64,000 nt of DNA from contig CAWKBV010000001.1 in assembly GCA_963847935.1 (NCBI GenBank), forward strand, positions 602,448 through 666,447, read 5' to 3'. A program made the position numbers and the translations under genes. Below, in pieces: positions 10,182 through 20,153 of the stretch (the stretch's first letter is position 1; each line of letters starts with the position of its first letter). The notes under the pieces were generated by a model. The model saw only the letters and a program-made list of their open reading frames with translations. It searched no databases and was not told where the DNA came from. This stretch comes from an uncultured Alphaproteobacteria bacterium. Its GTDB lineage: Bacteria; Pseudomonadota; Alphaproteobacteria; Rhodobacterales; Rhodobacteraceae.

Positions 10182-11957
10182 TCAACTCCGGTAGTCGCGC
10201 AGCACCGACGCCGCGATGGAATCGCGGGTGAGCACGCCGATCACGTTCTCCGGACGCGGCAGCGTCTTGGCCGGCAGCACCAGAAGTGCGGTATGGCCGC
10301 GATCAGCCATGTTGGTCATGGCATTCTGAAGGAAGCTCGATTCCTGGACGTATCCGACGGGATGGATCAGCGGGCCATGACGCTTCGTCGGGTCTTCGGG
10401 ATGGACGCGGACGATTCCGACGACGTTCCGGCCCTCGACGATCACCGCGTACTGTCGCTCCGCGCCCAACTGGGTATCGACCGTGCCGCGCTCACCAAGA
10501 TCGGATTTCTCGATCACCGCTATGGCCGGCTCCATCATCTCCTTGATCTGGCGGATCGCAAACATGTGCGACCGGCTTTCGCGCGGGATGCGGTGGCCGC
10601 GCCGGGTCAGCTTCAGCGTGTAGATGTCATCGGACGACAGTTGTCTGCGAACGCCAAGCGCCACCACGACCGCGATAATCGCCGCCACCGTGATCGTGTA
10701 GTCTCCGGTCATCTCGAAAATCATCATGATCGACGTCAGCGCCGCCCCGGTCGAGGCGCCGACGATCCCCGCCATGCCGATCAGAGCGAACGTGACCGAG
10801 TGAAAACCGAGATGCGGGAACATCAGATCGAGCGTCGCGCCGAAAGCGCCGCCCAGAGCCGCGCCAAGGAAGAGCGAGGGCGAGAACACGCCGCCCGACG
10901 CCCCGGCGCCGAGGCTGATCGATGTCGCGAGCATCTTCAGCACGAAGAGCAAAAGCAGGAACCCCGGCGCCGCCAGTTGCCCGGTCAGGATCGCCTCGAT
11001 CGTCGCATAGCCGACGCCTGCGGTGTGATACATGCCGGTGGTGAGCAGAAGCACATACATCAGGACACCGAGCGACAGCATCCCCGCTGCGTTCTTCAGA
11101 TAGGGATTGGCCTTCCAGTCGTCGAAGACATCCTCGATCCGGTAGAGACCGCGCACGAAGATCGTCGCGGCGACGCCGGTGACGAGGCCGAAGATCACGT
11201 AAAGCGGCAGCATGTCGACCGACAAGGGCACGAAAAGCTCCGGCCGCTCATGCGCGGCGACAAGGAAGGCGGGCGCCATGCCGAAGGCGAGCCGCCCGAC
11301 ATAGGTCGCGGTCCCGGTGGCCAGCACGACCGGGATCAGCGTACGCGCGCTGAATTCCGGCAGCATGAGTTCCACCGCGAAGAGAACCGCCCCAAGCGGC
11401 GTGTTGAATGTCGCCGCGATGCCCGCGCCGGCGCCCGCCGCGACCAGTGTGATGACCTGCCAGGTCCGCAACCGGAAGATTTGCCCCAGCACCGACCCGA
11501 TGCCGGAGCCGATCTGTATGATCGGGCCTTCGCGTCCAACCGAGGCGCCAGAACCGATCGACATGGCCGAGGCGAGCGACTTGATGATTACGACCTGCGG
11601 CCGGATCCTGCCGTTGCGGTAATAGATCGCATCCATCACCTCGGGCACGCCATGCCCTTTCGCCTCGGGCGCGTAGCGCCGGACGAGCCACAGCACGATG
11701 GCCCCGCCTATGACCGGCGCGAAGATCACCAGCGGCCCGAACGGTGCGGGTGGGGTCGGAATGTTGGCGTCGTAAAACGTCGAAAACTCGCCGAGGAAGA
11801 AGAGGTTGTGGATGATCGAGATGAGGTATCGGAGTGCTATGGCGCCAAGGCCGGTCACGACCCCGATGGCGATGGCGAGGAACGAGAGCGTGATGACAGA
11901 GGCTCGACGATTTTCCGGTTCGTGCTCGGCAAGTTCGGTCGGCGAAGTTTCGTTCAT
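10182..11957 (-). CDS. ClC-family chloride channel/antiporter with C-terminal CBS pair
   Basis: 591 aa, multi-TM, with selectivity motifs 'GREGP' and 'GGVFSPS' and a soluble C-terminal CBS-like region. Confidence 0.85.
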   Translation of the reverse strand: MNETSPTELAEHEPENRRASVITLSFLAIAIGVVTGLGAIALRYLISIIHNLFFLGEFSTFYDANIPTPPAPFGPLVIFAPVIGGAIVLWLVRRYAPEAKGHGVPEVMDAIYYRNGRIRPQVVIIKSLASAMSIGSGASVGREGPIIQIGSGIGSVLGQIFRLRTWQVITLVAAGAGAGIAATFNTPLGAVLFAVELMLPEFSARTLIPVVLATGTATYVGRLAFGMAPAFLVAAHERPELFVPLSVDMLPLYVIFGLVTGVAATIFVRGLYRIEDVFDDWKANPYLKNAAGMLSLGVLMYVLLLTTGMYHTAGVGYATIEAILTGQLAAPGFLLLLFVLKMLATSISLGAGASGGVFSPSLFLGAALGGAFGATLDLMFPHLGFHSVTFALIGMAGIVGASTGAALTSIMMIFEMTGDYTITVAAIIAVVVALGVRRQLSSDDIYTLKLTRRGHRIPRESRSHMFAIRQIKEMMEPAIAVIEKSDLGERGTVDTQLGAERQYAVIVEGRNVVGIVRVHPEDPTKRHGPLIHPVGYVQESSFLQNAMTNMADRGHTALLVLPAKTLPRPENVIGVLTRDSIAASVLRDYRS

Positions 11958-12118
11958 GGTACCTGACTGGCGGTTGTGGCGGCTCGGCGTGACCTGTAAG
12001 ACATCGTTGGTCCGGCCCCAAGACCGGGAGTCGCGTCCCTGCTACGCTTTTGCCGGGCCGGATGCAAACCTGTATGCCCCGGCACCGGACCGGTCAAGAA
12101 ATGCGAAAAGGAGCCGTC

Positions 12119-12679
12119 ATGGTCCAGTTCGGCCTCAAAGGTTTTCGACATCCCACGAGGACGGAGTGGATCGCCACGGGCGCCTCGCTTTTCGCCGTTA
12201 TCGTCTATCTTCTGATCCTGCGGTCGCTCGATCATCGCGCGGAAAGCTATTTCCAGGATCTCAGAGAGGGCGATCCCGCCACCTACCTGACGCAACTGCG
12301 CGAGGCAAAGGGCTTTGCAGCCTATCTGCCGGAATATGCCGAACTCGACGGGTTCGGCGAATACCGCCCGCAACCGCCGAGTTTCCTCGTCGGGCGCTGG
12401 ACCATGCGGACCGAAATGCTGCGTCTGACACCCGGACAGGCGCCGGCGACCTGTATCAACTCCGCGACCTTCGATTTCGGCCTTTTCCTGACGGTGGAAT
12501 CGGGCGGCGTCGCCCTGCCCGTCCAGTATCGCCTGAACGGTGACGTGGTCGAGATGCGGACGCGCGGAGATGCCGTCTTCCCGATCAAGCTCGTCAGCTA
12601 CGGCGCCCAGCTCGACCATATCCAATTCACCCCTCCGGGCCACAAGGTGCCGGTCTATGCGTATCTATGCGGCAGGTAG
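12119..12679 (+). CDS. hypothetical membrane-anchored protein
   Basis: ATG at 12119 is preceded by AAGGAG. One TM segment ('ATGASLFAVIVYLLILRSL'). No recognised domain. Confidence 0.5.
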   Translation: MVQFGLKGFRHPTRTEWIATGASLFAVIVYLLILRSLDHRAESYFQDLREGDPATYLTQLREAKGFAAYLPEYAELDGFGEYRPQPPSFLVGRWTMRTEMLRLTPGQAPATCINSATFDFGLFLTVESGGVALPVQYRLNGDVVEMRTRGDAVFPIKLVSYGAQLDHIQFTPPGHKVPVYAYLCGR

Positions 12680-12683
12680 ACCG

Positions 12684-14060
12684 ATGTCGCGCGACCTGGC
12701 CCTTTCGGAACTCGCGGCGCTCCTCGGTCCGCGTCTCAACCGATCGTCGGGTGATCTGAAAGAGCACGCTCGGAACGAAGCCTGGTTCCCCGAAACCCCG
12801 CCCGATGCGGTGGCCTACCCCGAGACGACCGAGGACGTCGCCGCCATCGTCACCATCTGCGCTCGCCACGGCCTGCCCGTCACGGCTTGGGGCACCGGCA
12901 CCTCGCTCGAAGGCCATGCGCTGGCGATCAAGGGCGGCATCAGCCTCGACCTGGCCCGCATGAACCGCGTGCTTGAAGTGCGCGCAAGCGATCTGCAAGC
13001 CGTTGTGCAGCCGGGGCTTACCCGCGAGGCGCTGAACGCCGAACTGCGCGCCACCGGCCTGATGTTCCCGATCGATCCCGGCGCCAATGCCTCGCTCGGC
13101 GGCATGGCGGCGACGCGGGCGTCGGGCACCACGGCGGTCCGCTACGGCACGATGCGCGACAACGTGATGGCGCTCGAAGTGGTGCTCGCCGATGGCCGCG
13201 TCATCCGCACCGGATCGGGCGCGCGCAAATCCTCCGCCGGCTATGACCTCACCGCGCTCTTCGTCGGCTCCGAGGGGACGCTCGGCATCATCACCGAACT
13301 GACGCTGCGGCTCCATGGCCAGCCCGAGGCGATCACCGCCGCCGTCTGCGCCTTCGAGACGTTCGAAGCCGCCGTCGACACCGTTATGACGACCATCCAG
13401 ATGGGCATCCCGATGGCCCGGATCGAGTTCGTCGACGAGACCACGGCGCGCATCTTCAACGGCCAGAACGGCACGCACCTGCCCGAAAAGCCGCACCTGA
13501 TGGTCGAATTCCACGGCTCCGAAACCGCCGCCGCCGAGGATGCGCGGCGTTTTGGTGAGGTCGTCGCGGACATGGGCGGCGCGCATTTCGACTGGGCGAC
13601 TACGACCGAGGACCGCAACCTCCTCTGGAAGATGCGCCACGGCGCCTATCCTGCCTGCATAGCCTCGCGCCCCGGCTGCATGGGGCTTGTCACCGACATT
13701 TGCGTGCCGATATCGCGGCTGGCCGAAGCGGTGCGCGAAACCCGCGCCGACATCGCCGCGTCGGGCGTCCCCGGCCCGATCCTCGGCCATGTCGGAGACG
13801 GCAATTTCCACGCGATCCTGCTGATCGAACGGGGCAACGACAATGAGCTGAAAACCGCCAAGGCGCTCGCCCGCCGCATGGCGGAACGCGCGCTGAGGCT
13901 CGGCGGAACAATGACGGGCGAACACGGGGTCGGCATGGGCAAGAAGGATCTGATGGCGATGGAACATGGTGATGCCTGGGAGGTCATGGCGCGGATCAAG
14001 CGCGCGCTCGACCCCGACGGAATCCTCAACCCCGGCAAGATCGTGGAGGTCGCGCAATGA
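12684..14060 (+). CDS. FAD-linked oxidase (GlcD / D-lactate dehydrogenase family)
   Basis: ATG at 12684. FAD PCMH-type region 'VTAWGTGTSLEGHA' and C-terminal 'GTMTGEHGVGMGKK'. Confidence 0.8.
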   Translation: MSRDLALSELAALLGPRLNRSSGDLKEHARNEAWFPETPPDAVAYPETTEDVAAIVTICARHGLPVTAWGTGTSLEGHALAIKGGISLDLARMNRVLEVRASDLQAVVQPGLTREALNAELRATGLMFPIDPGANASLGGMAATRASGTTAVRYGTMRDNVMALEVVLADGRVIRTGSGARKSSAGYDLTALFVGSEGTLGIITELTLRLHGQPEAITAAVCAFETFEAAVDTVMTTIQMGIPMARIEFVDETTARIFNGQNGTHLPEKPHLMVEFHGSETAAAEDARRFGEVVADMGGAHFDWATTTEDRNLLWKMRHGAYPACIASRPGCMGLVTDICVPISRLAEAVRETRADIAASGVPGPILGHVGDGNFHAILLIERGNDNELKTAKALARRMAERALRLGGTMTGEHGVGMGKKDLMAMEHGDAWEVMARIKRALDPDGILNPGKIVEVAQ

Positions 14061-14446
14061 CCGTCCCGTCCCCCGATCAACTGCCGCGTAGATTCGCCGC
14101 CGCATGGTCGGCGCGTGACGCCGAGCAGATCGCGGCGCTTTTCGCCGAGGATGCGGACCTTCTTTCTCTGACCGGCCGCTGGGCCGAGGGGCGCAAGGCG
14201 ATCACAGAGACCTTCGCGGGCGAACTTGCGGGTGCATTCCTGCGGGCCAAGCTCGTCACCGGCCGCGTGAAACTCCGCGACCTCGCGCCCGGCGTGGCGC
14301 AGGTGATGCAGCGCTTCGTGCTTTCGGGCATCCTGAACCCCGACGGCAGCGATGCGGGCCGCGTCGGCGCGATCCTCTCCGCCGTTCTGGTCGAGGGGCC
14401 GGAGGGCTGGACCGTCGCGGCGGCGCAGTTCACCGCCGAGGCGTAG
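14057..14446 (+). CDS. NTF2-like (SgcJ/EcaC / DUF4440-type) protein
   Basis: 129 aa, ATGA overlap with the upstream oxidase. 'FAAAWSARDAEQIAALFAEDADL' is typical of SnoaL/NTF2-like folds. Confidence 0.6.
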   Translation: MTVPSPDQLPRRFAAAWSARDAEQIAALFAEDADLLSLTGRWAEGRKAITETFAGELAGAFLRAKLVTGRVKLRDLAPGVAQVMQRFVLSGILNPDGSDAGRVGAILSAVLVEGPEGWTVAAAQFTAEA

Positions 14447-14512
14447 GCGCCGCAACGGCACACCACCCAGCCCCGGACCTGATCCCGGGCCGCGCCGATC
14501 CCCTTTATCCGC

Positions 14513-16156
14513 TCACGCCCTCAACAGCACCCGCGCCGCTTCCCGCGCGGCCTCGGTGATGTTCTCGCCCGACAGCATCCGCGCGACCTCGTCCACCCGT
14601 GCGGCATTATCCAGCGCCGTCACGGTCGAGGTCGTCATGCCGCCTTCGATGCGCTTCTCCACCCGCCAGTGATGCCCGCCGCGCGCGGCGACCTGCGGCG
14701 AATGCGTCACGACCAGAATCTGCGCGCCCTCGGCCAGCCGCTCAAGCCGCCGCCCGACCGCATCTGCCGTAGCGCCACCGACACCCCGGTCGATCTCGTC
14801 GAAGATCAGTGTCTGGCCACCCTGCCCCCGCGCGAGACAGACCTTGAGCGCCAGCAGGAACCGCGAGAGCTCGCCTCCCGAAGCGATCCGGTTCAATGGC
14901 CCCGCCGGTGCGCCGGGATTGGTGGCGACGGTGAATTCCACCTGATCGCATCCTTCAGGGCCCGCCTGGCCCGACGTTATCACCGTGGCGAAATGCGCGC
15001 GCTCCATCTTCAGGGGGGCCAGTTCCGCCGCGATGGCGGTATCGAGCCGCCCCGCCGCCTCCCGCCGCGATGCGCTGAGGACAGCCGCCGCCGCATCATA
15101 GGCCGCCTCCGCCACCTCGACCGCTGCCCGCAGTGCCTTGATATTCGCCGCACCGCCATCCAGCGCCTGCAACCGACCGCGCAAATTCCCGGCAAACCCG
15201 CCGAGATCGTCGGCCAGAACCCCATGCTTGCGCGCCAACCCCCGGATCGCGAACAAACGCTCCTCGACGCGTTCCAGCTCGTGCGGATCAAAGGACAGCA
15301 CATCCAGCGCCCGCTCGACGCCGTCCGCCGCCTCGCCCAGTTCGGTGATCGCCCGTCCCAACGCGCCGATCGCCTCGTCGAGCGCGCCCTCCGCTTTTTC
15401 CGCCGCCCCGTCCAGCCAGCGCGCGGCGTCGGCCATCATCCCCTCGGCACCCTCCGGCCCCAATGCCTGATACGCCCGCGCCACATCCTCGCGAATCCGC
15501 GCGGCGCCCTGCATCAGCCGGCGGCGGGCATCGAGTTCCGCCTCCTCGCCCGGCTGAGGGTCCAGAAGGTCCAATTCCCCGACCGCATGGCGCAGGTAGT
15601 CCTCCTCGGCCCGCATCTCGGAAAGTTTCGTTTCGGCCGCCGCCAAAGCCGTCCGCGCAGACGCCATCGCGGTCCAGCAGGACCGTACCGCGCCAACGTC
15701 AGCCCCCGCGAACGCATCGAGCAGAACCCTGTGGCCGCGCGGATTCAAAAGCCCCCGATCGTCGTGCTGCCCGTGCAGTTCCACCAGGGCATCGGACAAG
15801 GCCCGCAGAACCTCGCCCGAGGTGCGGCGGTCGTTCACCCAGGCGGTCTTGCGTCCGTCGGCGGCATTGATCCGCCGCAGGATCAGACCGTCCCCCGCCT
15901 CCAGCCCTGCGTCTTCCAGAACCGCCCGCGCCGGATGCCCCTCCGGCAGATCGAAGGCCGCCGTCACCTCGCCCTGCGCCGCGCCGGCGCGGACAAGTTC
16001 CGCCCGACCACGCCAGCCCAGCACGAAGCCGAGGCAATCGAGCAGGATCGACTTCCCCGCCCCGGTCTCGCCGGTCAGAACGTTGAGACCCGGCTGGAAC
16101 GCGAGGTCCAGCCGGTCGATCAACAGCATGTCGCGGATTTCCAGCGACCGAAGCAT
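14513..16156 (-). CDS. recN: DNA repair protein RecN
   Basis: 547 aa with 'GETGAGKS' Walker A, a coiled-coil centre, 'SGGELSR' and 'LIFDEIDRGVGG'. Confidence 0.9.
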   Translation of the reverse strand: MLRSLEIRDMLLIDRLDLAFQPGLNVLTGETGAGKSILLDCLGFVLGWRGRAELVRAGAAQGEVTAAFDLPEGHPARAVLEDAGLEAGDGLILRRINAADGRKTAWVNDRRTSGEVLRALSDALVELHGQHDDRGLLNPRGHRVLLDAFAGADVGAVRSCWTAMASARTALAAAETKLSEMRAEEDYLRHAVGELDLLDPQPGEEAELDARRRLMQGAARIREDVARAYQALGPEGAEGMMADAARWLDGAAEKAEGALDEAIGALGRAITELGEAADGVERALDVLSFDPHELERVEERLFAIRGLARKHGVLADDLGGFAGNLRGRLQALDGGAANIKALRAAVEVAEAAYDAAAAVLSASRREAAGRLDTAIAAELAPLKMERAHFATVITSGQAGPEGCDQVEFTVATNPGAPAGPLNRIASGGELSRFLLALKVCLARGQGGQTLIFDEIDRGVGGATADAVGRRLERLAEGAQILVVTHSPQVAARGGHHWRVEKRIEGGMTTSTVTALDNAARVDEVARMLSGENITEAAREAARVLLRA

Positions 16157-16189
16157 TCCAGCCCCCGCAGGGTGCGCTTCAGCGCACCG

Positions 16190-17029
16190 TTACAGCCATT
16201 CGCCCTTGATGACCTGACGGTAGACCTTGGCCAGCCAGTTGTCGCCCTTCGGCTTGAGCTCAAGTCCCTGCTTGGTCAGAAGCTTGTAGGCGTCATCATA
16301 CCAGACCGTCGACTGGAAGTTGTAGCCAAGGATCGCACCCGCCGTCTGCGCCTCGTCCGTCAGGCCGAGCGAGAGGTAGCATTCGATCAGCCGGTAGAGC
16401 GCCTCGGGCGTCTGGCTCGTCGTCTGATACTGCTCCACCACGACGCGGAACCGGTTGATCGCTGCGGAATAGTGCTGCTGCTTGAGATAGAAGCGCCCGA
16501 TCTCCATCTCCTTGCCCGCGAGATGGTCGAAGGCGAGGTCGAACTTGAGGATCGCCGATTTCGCGTATTCGCTGTCGGGATATTCCTCGATCACCGCGCG
16601 AAGGGCCTGCAGCGCCTGGAATGTCAGGCCCTGATCGCGGCCGACATCGTCGATCTGGTCGTAGTAGCTGAGCGCAAGCAGGTATTTCGCATAGGCCGCG
16701 TCTTCGTCGGCCGGATAGGTGTCGATATAGCGCTGCGCGGCGGTCCGGCTTTCCTCGTATTTCCGGTCCTTGTGGTAGCTATACGCCTCCATGATGAGCG
16801 CGCGCTTCGCCCATTCGGAATACGGATAAAGCCGCTCGACTTCCGAGAAGTATTTCACCGCCTCGTCGGACTTGCGGTTCCGCTCAAGCTGGAATTCGCC
16901 GAGCTTGTAGATTTGCTCGGCGTTCATCTGTTCGAGATCGGGTTCCTTGCTGCGGCTCCCGCAGGCCGCGATTGCCCCGACCAGCACAAGGCCGCCGACA
17001 AGATTTGCCGCTCTTTTGGCCCGACCCAT
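16190..17029 (-). CDS. bamD: outer membrane protein assembly factor BamD (TPR lipoprotein)
   Basis: Start at 17029 gives 'MGRAKRAANLVGGLVLVGAIAAC' (lipobox). TPR-like repeats. Conserved position next to lpxC. Confidence 0.85.
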   Translation of the reverse strand: MGRAKRAANLVGGLVLVGAIAACGSRSKEPDLEQMNAEQIYKLGEFQLERNRKSDEAVKYFSEVERLYPYSEWAKRALIMEAYSYHKDRKYEESRTAAQRYIDTYPADEDAAYAKYLLALSYYDQIDDVGRDQGLTFQALQALRAVIEEYPDSEYAKSAILKFDLAFDHLAGKEMEIGRFYLKQQHYSAAINRFRVVVEQYQTTSQTPEALYRLIECYLSLGLTDEAQTAGAILGYNFQSTVWYDDAYKLLTKQGLELKPKGDNWLAKVYRQVIKGEWL

Positions 17030-17167
17030 GACCTGCCTACCCCGTCTACTGCTTTCCGTTATCCCCACCCCACAGAGCGTCATTCCCACTCCTACGCCGG
17101 GATCGGTTCGACTTGTCCTAGCACAGAAAAATACGGTGCGCAAAACGCCATTCGCGCGCCAGCGCTG

Positions 17168-18088
17168 TCAGGCGACGGCAGGGATATCGGACTTGGCGAT
17201 GCTGCTTCCGGGCAACAGGCGCTGACGCTCGGCATCGCATTCGGTAAGTCGGAAGGCGTCGGGCCGCGCAAAGAGCGCGCGCAACAGCCGGTTGGTCATC
17301 GCGTGGCCGGCCCGGTTGCCGGTGTAGCGGCCGAGGATCGGCGCACCGGCGAGCGCGAGATCACCCAGCGCATCGAGCATCTTGTGGCGCACGGCCTCGT
17401 CCCGGTGGCGGAAACCGCCGGGCGTCAGGACGCGGTCGCCATCGACGACGACCGCGTTGTCATAGGTGCCGCCGAGTGCAAGGCCGTTGTCGCGCATGAA
17501 GTCCACATCCGCCTGACGGCAGAAGGTGCGGCAATCCGACAGTTCGCGCAGGAAGGTGCCGTTGGCCATGACCAGGCGCTTGCGCTGCTGGCCGATCGCC
17601 GCGTCGCTGAACTCGATGGCGAAATCGATCTCCAGCGTCTCCGCCGGTTCAAGCCGGGCGAAGGCCTCGCCCTCGCGCACCTCGACGACTTCGAGCACTT
17701 CGAAGCAGCGCAGCGCCGCGTCCAGAACACGGATGCCGCGCGCGAGAATACCCGTCGCAAACGGCGCGGCAGACCCATCGAGGATCGGCACTTCCGGTCC
17801 ATCGATCTCGATCAGCGCATTGTGGATGCCGCAGCCCGCAAGCGCCGCCATCACATGTTCGATGGTGGAAACCTGAACACCGGCGCCGTTTTCGATGATG
17901 GTGCAAAGCCGCGCATTCGGCACGGCATTCCACCGCGCCGGAACCATCTGGTCCTTGCCGATCACGTCGGTGCGGCGGAACCAGATGCCATATTCGGCCG
18001 AGGCGGGGTGAATCGTCATCCGCGCGCGGCGGCCCGAATGAAGCCCCGTTCCCGTGAAAGTCACCGCTGATTTGATCGTGGTCTGCAC
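17168..18088 (-). CDS. lpxC: UDP-3-O-acyl-N-acetylglucosamine deacetylase
   Basis: 306 aa with 'GTGLHSG' and 'STIEHVMAAL...ILDGSA'. Confidence 0.95.
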   Translation of the reverse strand: MQTTIKSAVTFTGTGLHSGRRARMTIHPASAEYGIWFRRTDVIGKDQMVPARWNAVPNARLCTIIENGAGVQVSTIEHVMAALAGCGIHNALIEIDGPEVPILDGSAAPFATGILARGIRVLDAALRCFEVLEVVEVREGEAFARLEPAETLEIDFAIEFSDAAIGQQRKRLVMANGTFLRELSDCRTFCRQADVDFMRDNGLALGGTYDNAVVVDGDRVLTPGGFRHRDEAVRHKMLDALGDLALAGAPILGRYTGNRAGHAMTNRLLRALFARPDAFRLTECDAERQRLLPGSSIAKSDIPAVA

Positions 18089-18247
18089 TTCCGCCTGTAG
18101 CCCGTTATGGGCCCCTCATTGTTGCAGCCATGAGGTAAAGGCGCGGGCCGCATATCTCAACTCACTCTTTGCAACGGAATGTAACAATGATGCTGCAATG
18201 CGGCGCGAACCCGTCAAGGGCCGGAAAGACATTCCGCAAGGCGCTGA

Positions 18248-18279
18248 TAAAAAACAGAAAAGGCCGGGAAGCCCCGGCC
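18248..18279 (-). terminator. Rho-independent terminator downstream of ftsZ
   Basis: Minus strand: GGCCGGG-gctt-CCCGGCC followed by TTTTCTGTTTTTT, 24 nt after the ftsZ stop. Confidence 0.75.
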
Positions 18280-18303
18280 CTTTCGATAACATGTGACCTA
18301 GCG

Positions 18304-19974
18304 TCAGTTTGCCTGGCGGCGCAGGAAGGCGGGGATTTCGATCCGCTCCTGATCTGGGTCGGCCTCCGGTTCTTCGTCATAAGACGAGCTGGCCCTGGGC
18401 TGTTGACGCATCGCAGGCTGGGTCCGCGCGGTGGCTGCGGGCGCGCCCTGGTCGCCATGACCCGCCATCCGGTTGAGCAGCGTGTTGATCCCGAAGCGCG
18501 GCTTTTCCGCCATCCGCGAGGGATGCGTACCGGCGGTCGCGGGACGCGGGGCCTGACCGGAGGCCGGCGCCTGCGGTTGCGGCGCCGCGGCGGGGCGCTG
18601 CTGGCTGCCCGTCCCTGGCTGGCGGTTGACGGCAGCCTGCAGGCGGGCAAGCGCTTCGGGCGTCGGAGTGCCCGGCGAGCGTGGACGCGGCGCCACGAAG
18701 CTTTCCGCCTCATCCTCGACATGGAGCGCTTCCGGCGCCGGCCTGGCCTCTGCCGGACGGTAGACCGGCGGCGGCAGATCGTCATCGGCGCCGTCGTCGT
18801 CGAAGAGCGTGCGCGGCGCCGGGCGGGCCGGCTCTTCCCGCACGGGCGCGGCTTCGCTGCGATCCTCACGGGTCGTATGAAATGCGTTGTCCGCCTCGCG
18901 CGCCGTTTCGGTCAGCGCGGCGGCCGGACGGTCCGCCGCATGTTGCGCCGGGGCTGCCAGCGGCTCGGCCATGCGCCGGCGCGGCGTCGGGACTTCGGCG
19001 TGCGACAGGGAGGCGTCGATGCCGGTCGCCACGACCGACACGCGCATAGTGCCTTCCATCACATCGTCAAGCGTGGAGCCGACGATGATGTTGGCCTCCG
19101 GGTCCACCTCCTCGCGGATGCGGTTCGCCGCCTCGTCCAGCTCGAAGAGCGTCAAGTCCGTGCCACCGGTGATGTTGATGAGCACGCCCTTGGCGCCCTT
19201 CAAGCTGATCTCGTCCAGAAGCGGGTTGGCGATGGCCTTTTCGGCCGCCTGCACCGCGCGATCCTCGCCCGAGGCTTCGCCGGTACCCATCATCGCCTTG
19301 CCCATCTCGTCCATCACCGCGCGGACGTCGGCGAAGTCGAGGTTGATGAGACCCGGGCGCACCATCAGGTCCGTGACGCCCTTGACGCCCTGATAGAGGA
19401 CATCGTCGGCAAGCGCGAAGGCTTCGGTGAATGTGGTCTTTTCGTTGGCGAGGCGGAAGAGGTTCTGGTTCGGAATGATGATGAGCGTATCGACGACCTT
19501 CTGAAGGGCTTCGATGCCCTCCTCGGCCTGCCGCATCCGCTTGCCGCCCTCGAACTGGAACGGCTTGGTGACGACGCCGACGGTCAGGACACCCAATTCG
19601 CGCGCGGCCTGCGCGATGATCGGCGCCGCCCCGGTTCCGGTGCCCCCACCCATACCGGCCGTGATGAAACACATGTGTGCGCCCGCGAGGTGATCGACGA
19701 TCTCCTCGATCGTCTCCTCTGCGGCGGCGGCCCCGACCGACGGGCGCGCGCCCGCGCCAAGGCCCTCGGTGACGCGGACACCCATCTGGATGCGCGCCTG
19801 CGAGTGGCTCTGCTGAAGCGCCTGCGCGTCGGTATTCGCCACCACGAATTCGACGCCCTCAAGCTGCTTCTCAATCATGTTGTTGACGGCATTGCCGCCC
19901 GCACCGCCAACCCCGAAGACCGTGATCCTGGGCTTGAGATCGTCACGCTCTGTCATCGTCAAATTCAATGCCAT
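18304..19974 (-). CDS. ftsZ: cell division protein FtsZ (long Pro/Ala-rich linker)
   Basis: Start 'MALNLTM..' at 19974. '[12 protein letters not shown]', tubulin signature '[10 protein letters not shown]', C-terminal peptide '[10 protein letters not shown]'. Confidence 0.95.
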   Translation of the reverse strand: MALNLTMTERDDLKPRITVFGVGGAGGNAVNNMIEKQLEGVEFVVANTDAQALQQSHSQARIQMGVRVTEGLGAGARPSVGAAAAEETIEEIVDHLAGAHMCFITAGMGGGTGTGAAPIIAQAARELGVLTVGVVTKPFQFEGGKRMRQAEEGIEALQKVVDTLIIIPNQNLFRLANEKTTFTEAFALADDVLYQGVKGVTDLMVRPGLINLDFADVRAVMDEMGKAMMGTGEASGEDRAVQAAEKAIANPLLDEISLKGAKGVLINITGGTDLTLFELDEAANRIREEVDPEANIIVGSTLDDVMEGTMRVSVVATGIDASLSHAEVPTPRRRMAEPLAAPAQHAADRPAAALTETAREADNAFHTTREDRSEAAPVREEPARPAPRTLFDDDGADDDLPPPVYRPAEARPAPEALHVEDEAESFVAPRPRSPGTPTPEALARLQAAVNRQPGTGSQQRPAAAPQPQAPASGQAPRPATAGTHPSRMAEKPRFGINTLLNRMAGHGDQGAPAATARTQPAMRQQPRASSSYDEEPEADPDQERIEIPAFLRRQAN

Positions 19975-20153
19975 TTCTTTTCCGCCTGTTCCGCCTGTCG
20001 TTTCCCCGGTTGTGGCCGGGCCCCTCATCCGCATTGCAGCGATTCTAATGGGGACTTCGTCTCAGGTCACCCAAAATCGCCGTATTTATACAAAATCTGG
20101 TGTAATTTGCCAACTCTTAAGCGGTATCTTGCCGAAACATCAACATCGTGTGA

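Noticed and set aside
11958-12118. A possible fluoride (crcB-motif) riboswitch upstream of the ClC gene, suggested by 'GCCACAACCGCC'.
   Set aside because: The upstream GGCGAUGG-type pairing partner and the 3' half are missing. The channel is also a long CBS-containing ClC, not the short ClC-F type.
14669-18070. Very long antisense ORFs, including 14669-18070 (1133 aa), 3889-5580, 5936-7534, 8063-9052, 10293-11966, 49383-51101, 51315-53147 and 55426-58197.
   Set aside because: They lie opposite well-supported genes (recN/bamD/lpxC, cobS, cobT, pepP, ClC, pyc, putA). Their products are Arg/Pro/Gly/Ala-rich with no motifs. This is the usual open-frame artefact of high-GC DNA.
18304-19000. The long Pro/Ala/Arg-rich C-terminal half of FtsZ as a possible fusion or repeat element.
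   Set aside because: A long disordered linker ending in the conserved C-terminal peptide ('[10 protein letters not shown]') is normal for alphaproteobacterial FtsZ.
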